Positions 32,785 through 43,338 of a stretch of 64,000 bases of DNA are shown here, in pieces; the stretch's first letter is position 1; every line of letters starts with the position of its first letter. Under the pieces are notes generated by a model, which saw only the letters and a list, made by a program, of their open reading frames with translations, made no database searches and was not told the DNA's origin. The position numbers were made by a program, and so were the translations under genes. The DNA is from an uncultured Planctomycetota bacterium (GTDB lineage: Bacteria; Planctomycetota; Planctomycetia; Gemmatales; Gemmataceae): positions 192,001-256,000 of the forward strand of contig CAWKHF010000005.1 in the NCBI GenBank assembly GCA_963849325.1, given 5' to 3'.

Positions 32785-34320
32785 CTACCGCGCCCACAGC
32801 TTGCGGTCGAGACTGCGATAGTTGATGGCCTCGGTCAGATGACCGGCCCGGATCGGTTCGCTTCCTTCGAGGTCGGCAATGGTTCGAGCCACGCGCAGGA
32901 TGCGGTCGTGGGCTCGCGCCGACAGGCCCAGTTCGTCCATGGCCGTCTGCAACAGACCGCGGCTATCGGCGTCCAGAAGACAGTAACGCCGCAGTTGCCG
33001 GCTGCTCATGCGGCTGTTGAGACGATGGCCGTCGCCGCCAAACCTCCGCGCCTGGACCGCCCGGGCCCGCAAGACCTGTTCGCGCATGTCGGCGCTGGAG
33101 GTGCCGTCGCGCGGAGCGGCCAGCTCCTGGTAGGGCACGGCCGGGACTTCGATGTGCATGTCAATGCGGTCCAGCAGCGGGCCGCTGATGCGGCCCATGT
33201 AGCGATCGATCTGCAGGGGGTTGCACTTGCAAGCATGTTTGGCGTCGCCCAGGTAGCCGCACGGGCACGGGTTCATGGCGGCGATGAGGACGAAGCGCGC
33301 CGGGAACGTGGTCGAGTGCAGCGCCCGCGCGATCGTCACCTTGCCCTCTTCGAGCGGCTGCCGCAGCACTTCCAGACTGCGACGATTGAACTCCGGTAAC
33401 TCGTCGAGAAAGAGGACGCCATGATGGGCGAGCGAGATTTCGCCGGGCGCCGGCGTGCTGCCGCCGCCGACCATGCCGGCGTCGCTGATGGTGTGGTGCG
33501 GCGAGCGGAACGGCCGCGTCGCCAGCAGCGCTTCGCCGGGACTGAGCCGGCCGGTGGCGCTGTAGATGCGCGTCGTCTCCAGGCTCTCGCCGGGCGTCAG
33601 CGGCGGCAGAATGCTGGGCAGACGACGCGACAGCATCGTCTTTCCCGATCCCGGACTGCCGATCATGAGGACGTTATGACCGCCGCTGGCGGCGACGACT
33701 AGCGCCCGCTTGGCGAACTCCTGGCCGCGCACGTCGGCGAAGTCGATGTCGTAGCTGTTGAGCCGGGCTGCCAGATCTTCCAGGCGAACCGCGACCGGCT
33801 CGGCGGCGAGCTGTCCGGACAGGATGCCGACCGCTTCGCTGAGGCTGTTGGCGCCGAAGACCTGCACCTCGGTGACGACGGCCGCCTCCCGAGCGTTGAC
33901 CGCCGGCACCAGCAGTTTGCGGAGGCCGCGATCGCGCGCCGCCATCGCCATCGACAACGCGCCCTTGATGGGTCTGACATTGCCGTCCAGGGCCAGTTCG
34001 CCGACCAGGGCGAAGTCGCGCAGCGGCTCCGGCCGCAGTTGGCCGGTGGCGACCAACATGCCCAGGGCGATGGGCAGGTCGAAGGCGCCGGCGTCTTTCT
34101 TCAGGTCCGCCGGCGCCAAATTGACGATGGTTCGTCCGGCCGGGCGCTGGTAGCCGAGGTTGGCCAAGGCCCGTTCGATGCGATGAACGCTCTCGCGCAC
34201 GGCCAACTCGGGCAGCCCGACCAGGATGGTCTTGGGCAGGCCCGCGGCCACGTCCACCTCGACTTCGACGGGCATCGCCTCGATGCCGACGAGCGCGAAG
34301 GCGCTCAGTTTTGCCAGCAT
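32785..34320 (-). CDS. comM: YifB/ComM Mg-chelatase-like AAA+ ATPase
   Basis: VNLAPADLKK, GELALDG, GSPGSGKT, RPFRSPHHT, LFLDELPEF, AAMNPCPCG, ISGPLLDRID. Confidence 0.93.
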   Translation of the reverse strand: MLAKLSAFALVGIEAMPVEVEVDVAAGLPKTILVGLPELAVRESVHRIERALANLGYQRPAGRTIVNLAPADLKKDAGAFDLPIALGMLVATGQLRPEPLRDFALVGELALDGNVRPIKGALSMAMAARDRGLRKLLVPAVNAREAAVVTEVQVFGANSLSEAVGILSGQLAAEPVAVRLEDLAARLNSYDIDFADVRGQEFAKRALVVAASGGHNVLMIGSPGSGKTMLSRRLPSILPPLTPGESLETTRIYSATGRLSPGEALLATRPFRSPHHTISDAGMVGGGSTPAPGEISLAHHGVLFLDELPEFNRRSLEVLRQPLEEGKVTIARALHSTTFPARFVLIAAMNPCPCGYLGDAKHACKCNPLQIDRYMGRISGPLLDRIDMHIEVPAVPYQELAAPRDGTSSADMREQVLRARAVQARRFGGDGHRLNSRMSSRQLRRYCLLDADSRGLLQTAMDELGLSARAHDRILRVARTIADLEGSEPIRAGHLTEAINYRSLDRKLWAR

Positions 34321-34520
34321 GATCGGACCACTCCGCGACGAACAGGCTTTTTCGAGCGCTGAGAAAGAGAACGTCCTCCCGTTGTATCCTCGATTTCGCG
34401 CCGCCGCAATTGTCTTCTTCTCGGAAGGACGTTCCTCCGGCGCAGGCGCGAGTCGAAGCGATTTGTTACACTCGTCGTTGTGCCCCGCCGCCATCCCTTC
34501 GTTCGCGTGAGGCTTCCGCC

Positions 34521-34847
34521 ATGAGCGCATCCATCGATGTCCCGGTGACGATCTCCCCCGAGGCCGCCGCTCGCATCGCCGAGTTGGGCATGCACCGGGA
34601 ACTGCAACAGATGATCGAGCACGTCCGCCAGGTCGTGCCGGAACTGGCGGCGATTGAGGTGGCGCGCGAGCCGGCGTATGACATGGATTGGGAGCCGGTC
34701 TGCATCACCGCCTACAGCGACCGGCCCTTTCAGGTCGGTGATGACACCTCGGCGAACTTGATCCGATGGCGAGTTGAGATGTTTCCGCCGCAAGTGCTCG
34801 ACAATCTATGCCTCCTGCTCAGCCCCGGGAGACCCCATGCAGGGTAG
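34521..34847 (+). CDS. Hypothetical protein, putative antitoxin partner of the HEPN gene
   Basis: 108 aa, overlaps the downstream HEPN ORF by 11 nt. Confidence 0.6.
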   Translation: MSASIDVPVTISPEAAARIAELGMHRELQQMIEHVRQVVPELAAIEVAREPAYDMDWEPVCITAYSDRPFQVGDDTSANLIRWRVEMFPPQVLDNLCLLLSPGRPHAG

Positions 34848-35247
34848 GGACTTTTTGGACGTGGCTCGCAAGGTGGTCCTCGGCTCCGATGAAGCCCACT
34901 GGCGGGCAACGGTGATCCACGCCTCTTATGCCCTCTTCCTCGAATGTCGCGACGCCCTGACGCACTGGGGCATCGTCATCCCGCCGCGCCACAATGTACA
35001 CTCCGCGGTTCGGCTGCGTTTCCTCTACGCGACCGATCCGGACCTGAAGATCATCGGCGACTTTCTGGACGCCTGGGGACCACGCCGTAATCGCGCCAGT
35101 TACAACCTGGGAACGCTGATGGACTTCGCTTCCGACCACCTAGCCCGACTGGCGATCCAGGACACAACCGCGGCGCTGGCTCGCCTCGATTCCATCAAGG
35201 CCAACCCCGTCCGACGTGCCGCCGCCATCGCCTCGTTTCCCCCGTGA
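34837..35247 (+). CDS. HEPN domain protein
   Basis: DFLDVARKV..EAHWRATVIHASYALFLECR..HSAV..RRNRASY. Confidence 0.7.
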   Translation: MQGRDFLDVARKVVLGSDEAHWRATVIHASYALFLECRDALTHWGIVIPPRHNVHSAVRLRFLYATDPDLKIIGDFLDAWGPRRNRASYNLGTLMDFASDHLARLAIQDTTAALARLDSIKANPVRRAAAIASFPP

Positions 35248-35268
35248 CCCTCCGAGGGAGAACCAAAC

Positions 35269-35309
35269 CGGGGACGCCGCTCGATTCCGCGGATCGAGCG
35301 GCGTCCCCG
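35269..35309. terminator. GC-rich hairpin between convergent genes
   Basis: cggggacgccgctcgat-loop-atcgagcggcgtccccg. Confidence 0.55.
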
Positions 35310-35326
35310 AGTCCCATCACACAGGC

Positions 35327-36541
35327 TCAATAGACAATCGTAAATCCGCCCTCCGCTCGGGAGAAGACGGCCACCAAGCTCCAAATCGGGACGCCGTTGG
35401 CTCGGCCCTTTTCGGCCGTCGGTTTGCCGCTGGCGTCAAAGACCTGCCAGGCCACGGAACCGCCCCGCTCCCAACCCACTCCTTCCGTCCAGGCCAGGAT
35501 CGTCTGACCGCGCTTGTCGCAGGCGACGACGGAGTGTTTGCGATCGCCGGTCGCGCCGGGAGCGGCGACCGGGTCCGACCTCGTTCCGGTCGTCGGGTCG
35601 ATGCGGGCGTAGTAGACCTGTCCCTTGGTTTCCCAGGCGGCCCGAACGTCCGTGGCTCCCTCGGCAAAGGCGAAGCTGCTCATCGGACACGCTTCCACCT
35701 TCCACGGATGGATGTCGGCCCCTCGGAAGCTCGCTCCGTGGTCCCGCGACGTCAGCAAGTACGTGTCCCGGTTGACGCGATCCGTCGCCGAGCGGTACAG
35801 CAGGTAGACGGTCCCCTTGTGGTCTGCGAAGGCCCGCAGACCGCAGCAGCCGCACGCCCCGGTGGGCTGCTCGTAGGCGGCCTTCTCGGGGGCGAACGTC
35901 GCGCCCTCGTCCGTCGAGCGGGCCAGCCACACACGCCGGTTCGCCTCGCCCTTTTCACCCGGTTGCGGCGCGTGCCAGGCCACGTAAACGTTTCCCGAAT
36001 CGTCGGCGGCCACGGAACCGCCGCCGTCGAGTCCGGCGGCGGCGCGAATCACGTTTCGCTGGGCTTCAAAAGCCGTACCGTCGTCCTGGAGGCGCGTGTA
36101 GAGCATCCCCTCGATGCCGGGAGCTTTCTTGCCGGAGGCATTCCAGGCCACGTGAACGCGGCCGTTCTTGCCCACGGCCACCTGAGCGCCGCGGATGTTG
36201 CCAATGGCGATGGCGCTGTCGCGCACGCTGTTGACGCGGAGGGGGCGGGAGAACGTGGCCCCCTCGTCCGCGGAGTGGACGTAGAAGAGATCACCGTGCC
36301 GCGGGTCACCGCGGAAGTAAACCAGGTGAAGGACGCCTTTGCCGTCCACGGCGACCTGCGGCTGGATGCCGCGATCGGGCACTCGCAATCGTTTCACCGG
36401 GCCGGATGGGCCCTCTTTTGGGGCGTCCGACCTGTCTGCCCTAGCCAGCGAGGACGCCGCCGGCTCGGAACAGGCAAGCAGCCCTCCGCCGGCAGCGATC
36501 AGCAACGCCGCCGTTACGATTTTGCGCTTGGTAAGTCTCAT
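35327..36541 (-). CDS. BNR/Asp-box (sialidase-like) beta-propeller lipoprotein
   Basis: Lipobox LLAC; Asp-boxes SADEGATF, STDEGATF, SRDHGASF; ACGCCG; EACPMS. Confidence 0.8.
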   Translation of the reverse strand: MRLTKRKIVTAALLIAAGGGLLACSEPAASSLARADRSDAPKEGPSGPVKRLRVPDRGIQPQVAVDGKGVLHLVYFRGDPRHGDLFYVHSADEGATFSRPLRVNSVRDSAIAIGNIRGAQVAVGKNGRVHVAWNASGKKAPGIEGMLYTRLQDDGTAFEAQRNVIRAAAGLDGGGSVAADDSGNVYVAWHAPQPGEKGEANRRVWLARSTDEGATFAPEKAAYEQPTGACGCCGLRAFADHKGTVYLLYRSATDRVNRDTYLLTSRDHGASFRGADIHPWKVEACPMSSFAFAEGATDVRAAWETKGQVYYARIDPTTGTRSDPVAAPGATGDRKHSVVACDKRGQTILAWTEGVGWERGGSVAWQVFDASGKPTAEKGRANGVPIWSLVAVFSRAEGGFTIVY

Positions 36542-36584
36542 GTCTTTCCGCACTCCTTCTCTTGGTGCCCAAACCGATGAACTC

Positions 36585-36639
36585 CTCTCCGAGCCTGAAG
36601 CGTAAGCGAAGCGCTTCGCTTACGCTTCAGCTCGGAGAG
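36585..36639. repeat. REP-like family F hairpin overlapping the ileS stop (also 63411-63485)
   Basis: ccgagcctgaagcgtaagcgaag..cttcgcttacgcttcag. Confidence 0.8.
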
Positions 36640-39600
36640 TTCGGCGCAATTCGATCGTCAGCGGCTGACCGTCCACCTTGACGCTGGCGCGATGGGTCTC
36701 GCCGCTGAGTGGCTGGGCGGACCACTCGACCGTCAGCGTTTCGCCGGCAATGTATTCGCGGTGCGCCGCGATGGCCTGACGCAGCTTATCGGATTCCGTG
36801 CCGAGGTACAGGGCGATGCGGTCCTCCATCTCCAGGCCGGCCTCCTTGCGCTGCTCCTGAACGTGGCGCACCACGTCGCGGGCCATGCCCTCGCCGGCCA
36901 GCTCCTCGGTGATGCGCGTGTCGAGGGCGAGCTGCGTGTCGCGGTCCACGATGCCGGCCCAGCCCTCGGGCGCCTTCTCCTGCACGATCACATCGTCCGG
37001 GCCGAGCGTGACCGTCTCGCCGCCGCAGGCAAGCTCGATCGGTTCGCCCGCCCGCACCTTCTGGGCCAGATCGAACGGGTCCGCCGCGGCCGATGGCGGC
37101 GGCGACCTCCTTCAAGCGTGGGCCGAACTTCGGACCCAGCGTCTTCATGTTCGGCTTCACTTCCGGCGTCAGCAGCGGTCCCCACTCCAGTTCGTGCAGG
37201 GACACCGCCTTGACATTCAACTCCTCGCGGATCTGATCGCCGAAGCGCTCGACGGCGCGCTCGTCGTCCTCGCCCGCCGGCTGCACCTTCAGCTCGGCCA
37301 GCGGCTGGCGCACCTTGATCTTGACGCGTTCCGCACCGCCAAGCCCAGCGACACCAGTTCCAGCAGCCGTCCATGTCGGTCGAGAGGTCCTCGTCGATCA
37401 GCGCCTCGTCCACCTCGGGGAAGTCGCACAGGTGGACGCTCTCAGGCTGGTCCGCCGTCTTGAGGTTGTGGTACATCGTCTCGGTCAAGAACGGCATGAC
37501 CGGCGCGAACAGCTTCGTCAGCGTCAGCAGCACCGTGTACAGCGTCTGGTAGGCGGCCAGCTTGTCCGGCCCTTGCTCGCTCTTCCAGAAGCGGCGGCGG
37601 TTGCGGCGGACGTACCAGTTGCTCAGCTTGTCATCGACGAACTTCTCCGCCTCCAGGCAGAAGGCCATGAGGTTGTAACTCTCGAACGCCGTCGCGGGCC
37701 GTGCCGATCAGGTGCTGCAAGTCCGACAGAATCCAGCGGTCGATGTCCGGCCGCTCCGGCAGCGGCACCGGCGGCGCGGCCGGGTCGAAGCCGTCGAGCC
37801 GGGCGTAGTTGCAGAAGAAGGCGTAGGTGTTCCACAGCTTCAGCGTGAACTTGCTGCGCAGCTCGTCGGCGGGCCGGGGCCGAAATTGAGGTTCGCGGCC
37901 GGGTTGTGCCGGCAGAACATCCAGCGGATCAGGTCGGCGCTCATCGGCGGATGATGTTCGACTTTGCCCTTGGGGTCTGTCAGGTCGTAACCCTCATCGG
38001 CCGCCCCCTCGAACGGGATGGAGTTGCCGGCCGACTTGTGCATCGGCCGGTCCCACTGGTCGCGCACCAGGCCGTGGCCGAGCAGCACCTTGAACGGCGG
38101 CCGGTTCTCCATCATCGTGCTCATGGCCAGGATGGCGTAGAACCAGTTGCGGAACTGGCCGGGGAAGCTCTCGGTGATGAAGTCGGCCGGGAACCACTTC
38201 TCCCACTCGGCGCGGTCCGTGTTGTAGCCCATCGTCGAGTACGGCACGATGCCGGCGTCGAGCCAGGGATTGCCGACGTCGGGGATACGCGACATCAGGT
38301 TGCCGGTCTTCGGATTGCGGATCTTCACCAGGTCGATCCACGGCCGATGCGGCGTGTGGCCGTCGAACTCGGTCCCAGCCCTCGACGGCGCGCTCCTTCA
38401 GCTCCTCGCGCGAGCCGATCACCTCGAAATCGCCGGTCTGCTCATCGACCCAGATCGGCAGGGCCAGGCCCCAGAAGCGTTTCTTCGAGATCATCCAGTC
38501 GCCCATGTTCGTCAGCCAGTCCAGCTCGCGGGCCTTGCCGTTGATCGACTCCGGCAGGAACGTCACCTGCTCGACGACGCGCATGATCTCGTCGCGCCAC
38601 TCCATGTTGATGAACCACTCGTCCACCAGGCGGAACAGCAGCTCCGTCTTGCAGCGCCAGCAGTGCGGATAGCTGTGCGGATACTTCTCCGACCGCCAGC
38701 AGCACGCCCTTCTGCTGCAGGTTGTCGAGGATCCAGTCGGTCGTGGCGGGATCGACGGCGGACTTGCCCGTCCAGCGGGCCGAAGCCGGGACAGAAAGAT
38801 GCCGTACTCGTCGAGCGGCGCGACCGGCGGCAGGCCCTCCTCCTTGCCGAGGTGGAAGTCCTCCTTGCCGCAGCCCGGCGCGATGTGGACGATGCCGGTG
38901 CCCTCGGTCTCGCCGACGTCCTTCCAGGCGATGACGCGATGAACGTCGCGGGCCGACGTCTCCGGCCGCCCACTTCTGCTGGCGAGCGATGCGCGGCCGT
39001 CTCCGCCGGATAGCCCGCCGGCGTGCTGCTGCGCCGGCAGCTCGTCGAACGGGCCGTCGTACTGCCAGCCGACCATGTCGGCGCCCGGTCACCTCGCCGA
39101 CGATCTCGTAGCCGCCCTTCTCCTTGAAGATCTGCTCCAGCGTCTTGAGCTTCGGCACGCCCGTCGACCCACTCCTTTCTCTTCAACTGCTCTTCGAGCC
39201 GCTGCGCCGTGAAGGCGCCCTTGGCGAGGTAGTAGACCTGCTCCTTGTGCCGCACCTTGAGGTAGGTCAGCTCCGGATTGACGGCGGCGGCGACGTTGCT
39301 GGTCAGCGTCCAGGGCGTCGTGGTCCAGACGAGCAGGTTTTCGCCGGGCCGGCCGCGCAGCGGGAAGCGGACGAAGACGGCGCGGTGGGCGACGAGCTGG
39401 TAGCCCTCGTGCCATCTCCATCTGGCTGAGGCCGACCCGCAGCGGCGGACACCACGGCATGGCGTCGTAGCCGCGGTAGACCAGGCCGCGGTCGTGGCAC
39501 TTCTTGAGGAAGCTCCAGATGGTGTAGTTGTTCTCCTCCGACATGGTGAAGTAGCTGCGCCGCTGGTCCGGCGGCTTGCTCCAGTCCTCGTCGCGGTCCC

Positions 39601-40057
39601 AGTCCATCCAGTAGCCCAGGCGGATCGACTGCTCGGTCTGCACGCGGGCGAACTTATCGACGCGCTCCTTGCACTGCTGGACGAAGCGGTCGATGCTGGC
39701 GAAGGGTCGCCGGGCACGAGGTTCTCGATGTCGCGCTTCGACTTGCAGTTTCAGCTCCTTCTCGACCTCGACCTCGACCCACAGACCCTGGCAGTCGAAG
39801 CCGTTCTGGTAGCGCAGCTCGCGGCCGGTCATGGCGTGGTAGCGCTGGAAGGCGTCCTTGTAGGTGCGGCCCCAGGCGTGATGGACGCCCATCGGGTTGT
39901 TGGCGGTGATCGGGCCGTCGAGGAAGGACCAGCGCGGCCCGCCGCGGTTCTTGGCCCGCAGTTTCTCGAACGCCTCGATGCGCTCCCAGAACTCCAGGAC
40001 GGCTCGCTCCTGGGCCGGGAAATCTACCTGCTGCGTCTCCACTTTCTCGAACGGCAT
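36620..40057 (-). CDS. ileS: Isoleucyl-tRNA synthetase, type 2 (frameshifted)
   Basis: [86 protein letters not shown]. Confidence 0.95.
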
Positions 40058-40397
40058 GACGACTCCTCGTGTAACGATGAATCTCCTTATCTTATCAGTT
40101 GACACGCGGGATCGGCAGGCGTTCGCGTCGGACAAGCCCGGAGCGCCAGCGACGGGTTGCTTCAACCCATCGCGGACGCTCCGGGCTTGCAGAGGGGAAA
40201 TCGATTTTACCTACCGACCTGGGACCACATCCTTCTTTTGGGCAAAATATGCTTGCCCTCGCATTCGGAGGAATCGATAATCTCGACATCTCCGGTGGAG
40301 GCGAAGCAAGCGATCCACTCATGTCCAAACGTGGAATGGCGGATGCGTTATCCGCATGGGCAACGATCTCGTTTCCGACAACCTAGCGAGACTTGTC

Positions 40398-43013
40398 ATG
40401 GCACGCCAACGCGCATCGTCCGGCAGCGGCAAACAGACTACCCAGACTCCGGCTCGGGCCAAAACCAGCCGCCCCCCGACCAGGAACAAGGAAGGTGCTC
40501 CCGGCGGCGGCTCGCCGCAAACCCTGCCGGCCGGCCTGCGCACCGACACGCGCTCCAAGTTCGTCCTCTACAACCTGCTCGGCAACGAACGCGCCTTCTA
40601 CCAGGTCGATCGCGTCGAGGTGGAGAAGCCGGCCAAGCCACCCAAGCAGAAAACGCTCGCTCACAGTGTCATCATCATCGATCGCTCCGGCTCGATGTAC
40701 TCCTACCTCGAAGACTTGAAGGACACCCTCATCAAGCTGCTGACCCTCGATGAGTACGGCCAATATGACTTGCTGGTGACGCTGATCTCCTACTCGTCGC
40801 AGGGCGATTGCCGCGTCCACTTCCAGCGCCGGCCGATCCAGGAGATTATGAAGCGCGACTCCAAGGAGTTAAAGGAGATCAAGCAAATCCACGTTACCGG
40901 CTTGACGTGCATCTCGCAGGCGGTGCAGCTGGCCGGCTCGCTGTGCAAGGACGAGGAGCTGACCTGCGTCACCCTGCACAGCGACGGCTACGCCAACCAC
41001 CCCAGTCCCAACATGGAGGCCAAGACGCTCGAAGCGCTGTGCGCCGAAATGCAGAAGCGGCCCATCTTCGTCAACACCATCGCCTATACCGATTACTCCG
41101 ACTTCCGCTTGCTGTCGAAGGTGGCTAACAGCGTGTCCGGCTCGTGCCTGAAGGCCGGCAACATCAAGCAGGTTTACGACGCGCTGTACAGCACCGAAAA
41201 GCTGCTGGGCAGCTCGGTGACGCCGCCCCTGGAAGTGCCGCTGGAGAAGGGCTACGACTATCAGGTGTTCGTGTCGCACCAGGGCGGCAAGGTCAACGGC
41301 GCGGCCGGCACGCTGATGATCCGCGGCCTCAAGGAAGACCACGACGCCGTCGTCTACAAGTACAAGAAACTGAGCGAGGCGGAATACAAAAAGCTCAAGG
41401 ACGTGCCGCAGGTGCAGACGAGCGAGGCGGTGCTGGCTTTCGCGCGGACGCAGCTGTCCGAAGGCGGCATCAACACCGCGAAATATGCTCTCGCCAGCAC
41501 CTATGACGCCACCCTGGTCGAGCGGCACGGCAAGGCGCTGACTAACCTGCAAGTGGCGGCGATGGCCCAGGATCTCGACACCGTGCTGTTCCAGCCCGGC
41601 ATCCTGCAAGAACATGACGTACTCGACCACGTCCCGGTCAACACGCGCATCAGCGTGCTGGCCCTAGCCCACCTGCTCGGCCAACACAAGGACGAGTTCG
41701 TCGTCAACCTCGAACATTTGAAGGCGAACTATGTTCGCCGCGGTCTGCGCCGCGTCCAGGGCACGCGCGGCGACGACGGTAAGCTGATCGAGCCGACCCT
41801 GAAAACGGAGTTCACCGACAAGGGCGATTACGCTCCGGTATCGTCGTTCGACATCAATCGCAACACGGCCAACCTGAACATGCTCATCGCTCGGCCGGTG
41901 CGGCTGGTGCCGCGCGGCGGTGGCAAGCCGATCCAGGAAGTGGCTGGCATCAAGCTCGACCAGCTGAGCACGTTCAATAATTACACCCTGATCGGCGACG
42001 GTGAACTGAACGTCCCGACCCTGCAAATCAAGATTCGCTCCAGGAAGCTGTTCGACCTGTTGAAAAACGAAGGCGCGTTGGAAGCGGACGGCCAGGCGGC
42101 GACGAAGTACGACGCCGACGCGGAGTACACGCTGCGGCTGGACGCGCTGCCCCTGGTGCCGCCCTTCGAGGGGGCCATCGATCTCGACGGCGTGTTCGAG
42201 GACCTCGCCGACAGCAAGGTGCTGTCGAGCATCCTCGCCGCCCACCTCAAAGAGGAGTCCGACCAGTTCACGCCGGAGCAGCTCGACGAGTTGAAAAAGC
42301 ACTACTTGTCCAAGAGCCTGTATCTCAACTTTCCGACCACCACGGAGTATACGGATCTGCAACAGGCTTTGGCCGAGGGCAGCGTCGATTCGCGCGTCAG
42401 CTACAAGATTGACATCGGCAACCGCCACATCCTCAACCTGGGCAAGCTGATGTCGGCCAACAAATTCCTCGACCGCCTCTATGAAGTGATCGGCAAGGAC
42501 GGCCAGAAGATCGACAAGCCGACCTTCGAGAACTTCCTCGACGGCGACGTGACAGTGCGGCACAAGCAGCTGTCGGCACGGACGAAGATCACCGCCGTCG
42601 ATGAATTCATGCGCCGCGTCTTCGACGACTTCCTCGGCCTGACGAACAACGGCGTGGTCAACGGCATCCTCAAGCGGGTCGGCGTGACGGACCTCCTCAA
42701 GGTGCTGCAAGAGAAGCACAAGGGCAAGAAGGTCACGCGCGCGGATTACGTCGCCGCCCTGACCGACGCCCGCCGCAAGCTGGATGCGTATGCGGAAGAC
42801 ATCTATCAGGAGAAGGTGTCGCCGCTGGTGTTTTACATCGGCTCGACCGGCGTGCTGCCCGACGAGATGGATACCAAGGCGCTGACGACCGAGCAGCTGA
42901 CGGCCAAGTATCCCGAGCTGGCGCTGTCCAAGGACGAACAGGAAGGCATGTTCTTCGAGATCGGCGAGACGATCCTGACGGTATATGCCAAGAACGAATA
43001 TTTCTCGCGGTGA
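40398..43013 (+). CDS. vWA-domain protein with large uncharacterised C-terminal region (~870 aa)
   Basis: MIDAS IIIDRSGSM..GLTCISQA..LHSDGYAN; intact ORF. Confidence 0.85.
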   Translation: MARQRASSGSGKQTTQTPARAKTSRPPTRNKEGAPGGGSPQTLPAGLRTDTRSKFVLYNLLGNERAFYQVDRVEVEKPAKPPKQKTLAHSVIIIDRSGSMYSYLEDLKDTLIKLLTLDEYGQYDLLVTLISYSSQGDCRVHFQRRPIQEIMKRDSKELKEIKQIHVTGLTCISQAVQLAGSLCKDEELTCVTLHSDGYANHPSPNMEAKTLEALCAEMQKRPIFVNTIAYTDYSDFRLLSKVANSVSGSCLKAGNIKQVYDALYSTEKLLGSSVTPPLEVPLEKGYDYQVFVSHQGGKVNGAAGTLMIRGLKEDHDAVVYKYKKLSEAEYKKLKDVPQVQTSEAVLAFARTQLSEGGINTAKYALASTYDATLVERHGKALTNLQVAAMAQDLDTVLFQPGILQEHDVLDHVPVNTRISVLALAHLLGQHKDEFVVNLEHLKANYVRRGLRRVQGTRGDDGKLIEPTLKTEFTDKGDYAPVSSFDINRNTANLNMLIARPVRLVPRGGGKPIQEVAGIKLDQLSTFNNYTLIGDGELNVPTLQIKIRSRKLFDLLKNEGALEADGQAATKYDADAEYTLRLDALPLVPPFEGAIDLDGVFEDLADSKVLSSILAAHLKEESDQFTPEQLDELKKHYLSKSLYLNFPTTTEYTDLQQALAEGSVDSRVSYKIDIGNRHILNLGKLMSANKFLDRLYEVIGKDGQKIDKPTFENFLDGDVTVRHKQLSARTKITAVDEFMRRVFDDFLGLTNNGVVNGILKRVGVTDLLKVLQEKHKGKKVTRADYVAALTDARRKLDAYAEDIYQEKVSPLVFYIGSTGVLPDEMDTKALTTEQLTAKYPELALSKDEQEGMFFEIGETILTVYAKNEYFSR

Positions 43014-43022
43014 GTGGGATAA

Positions 43023-43292
43023 GAAGCTCTAACAAAAAGAGCCTCACGCAAAGACGCAAAGGACGCAAAGAAAGACAAAAAATAGGCGTGAGTCGCTTGG
43101 ATCTTCTTCTCTTTTCCTTTGCGTCCTTTGCGCCTTTGCGTGAGGCTCTTTATAACTTGTAAAAAATGAACCACGGATGAACACGTATAAAAGATAAAAA
43201 GATGTAAATACACCGAAATGCGCGTTCCTCGCGATTGTCTTTCATTTTGTTTTGATCCGTGTTTATCTGTGTTCATCTGTGGTTCATTTTTT
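43023..43292. repeat. Composite repeat cluster: GAAGCTCTAAC end, (CGCAAAG)n hairpin and family D hairpin
   Basis: gagcctcacgcaaagacgcaaaggacgcaaag..ctttgcgtcctttgcgcctttgcgtgaggctc; aaccacggatgaacac..gtgttcatctgtggtt. Confidence 0.8.
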
Positions 43293-43338
43293 GTGGTGTT
43301 ATAAGCTCGGTCCTTCCCGCCGAGGGGAGAGCATTCGC

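Noticed and set aside
25977-34320. Intein in dnaE or element inserted in comM
   Set aside because: Both genes are of normal length with contiguous motifs
40058-40397. T-box upstream of ileS
   Set aside because: No T-box consensus seen; the hairpin present is REP-like family E
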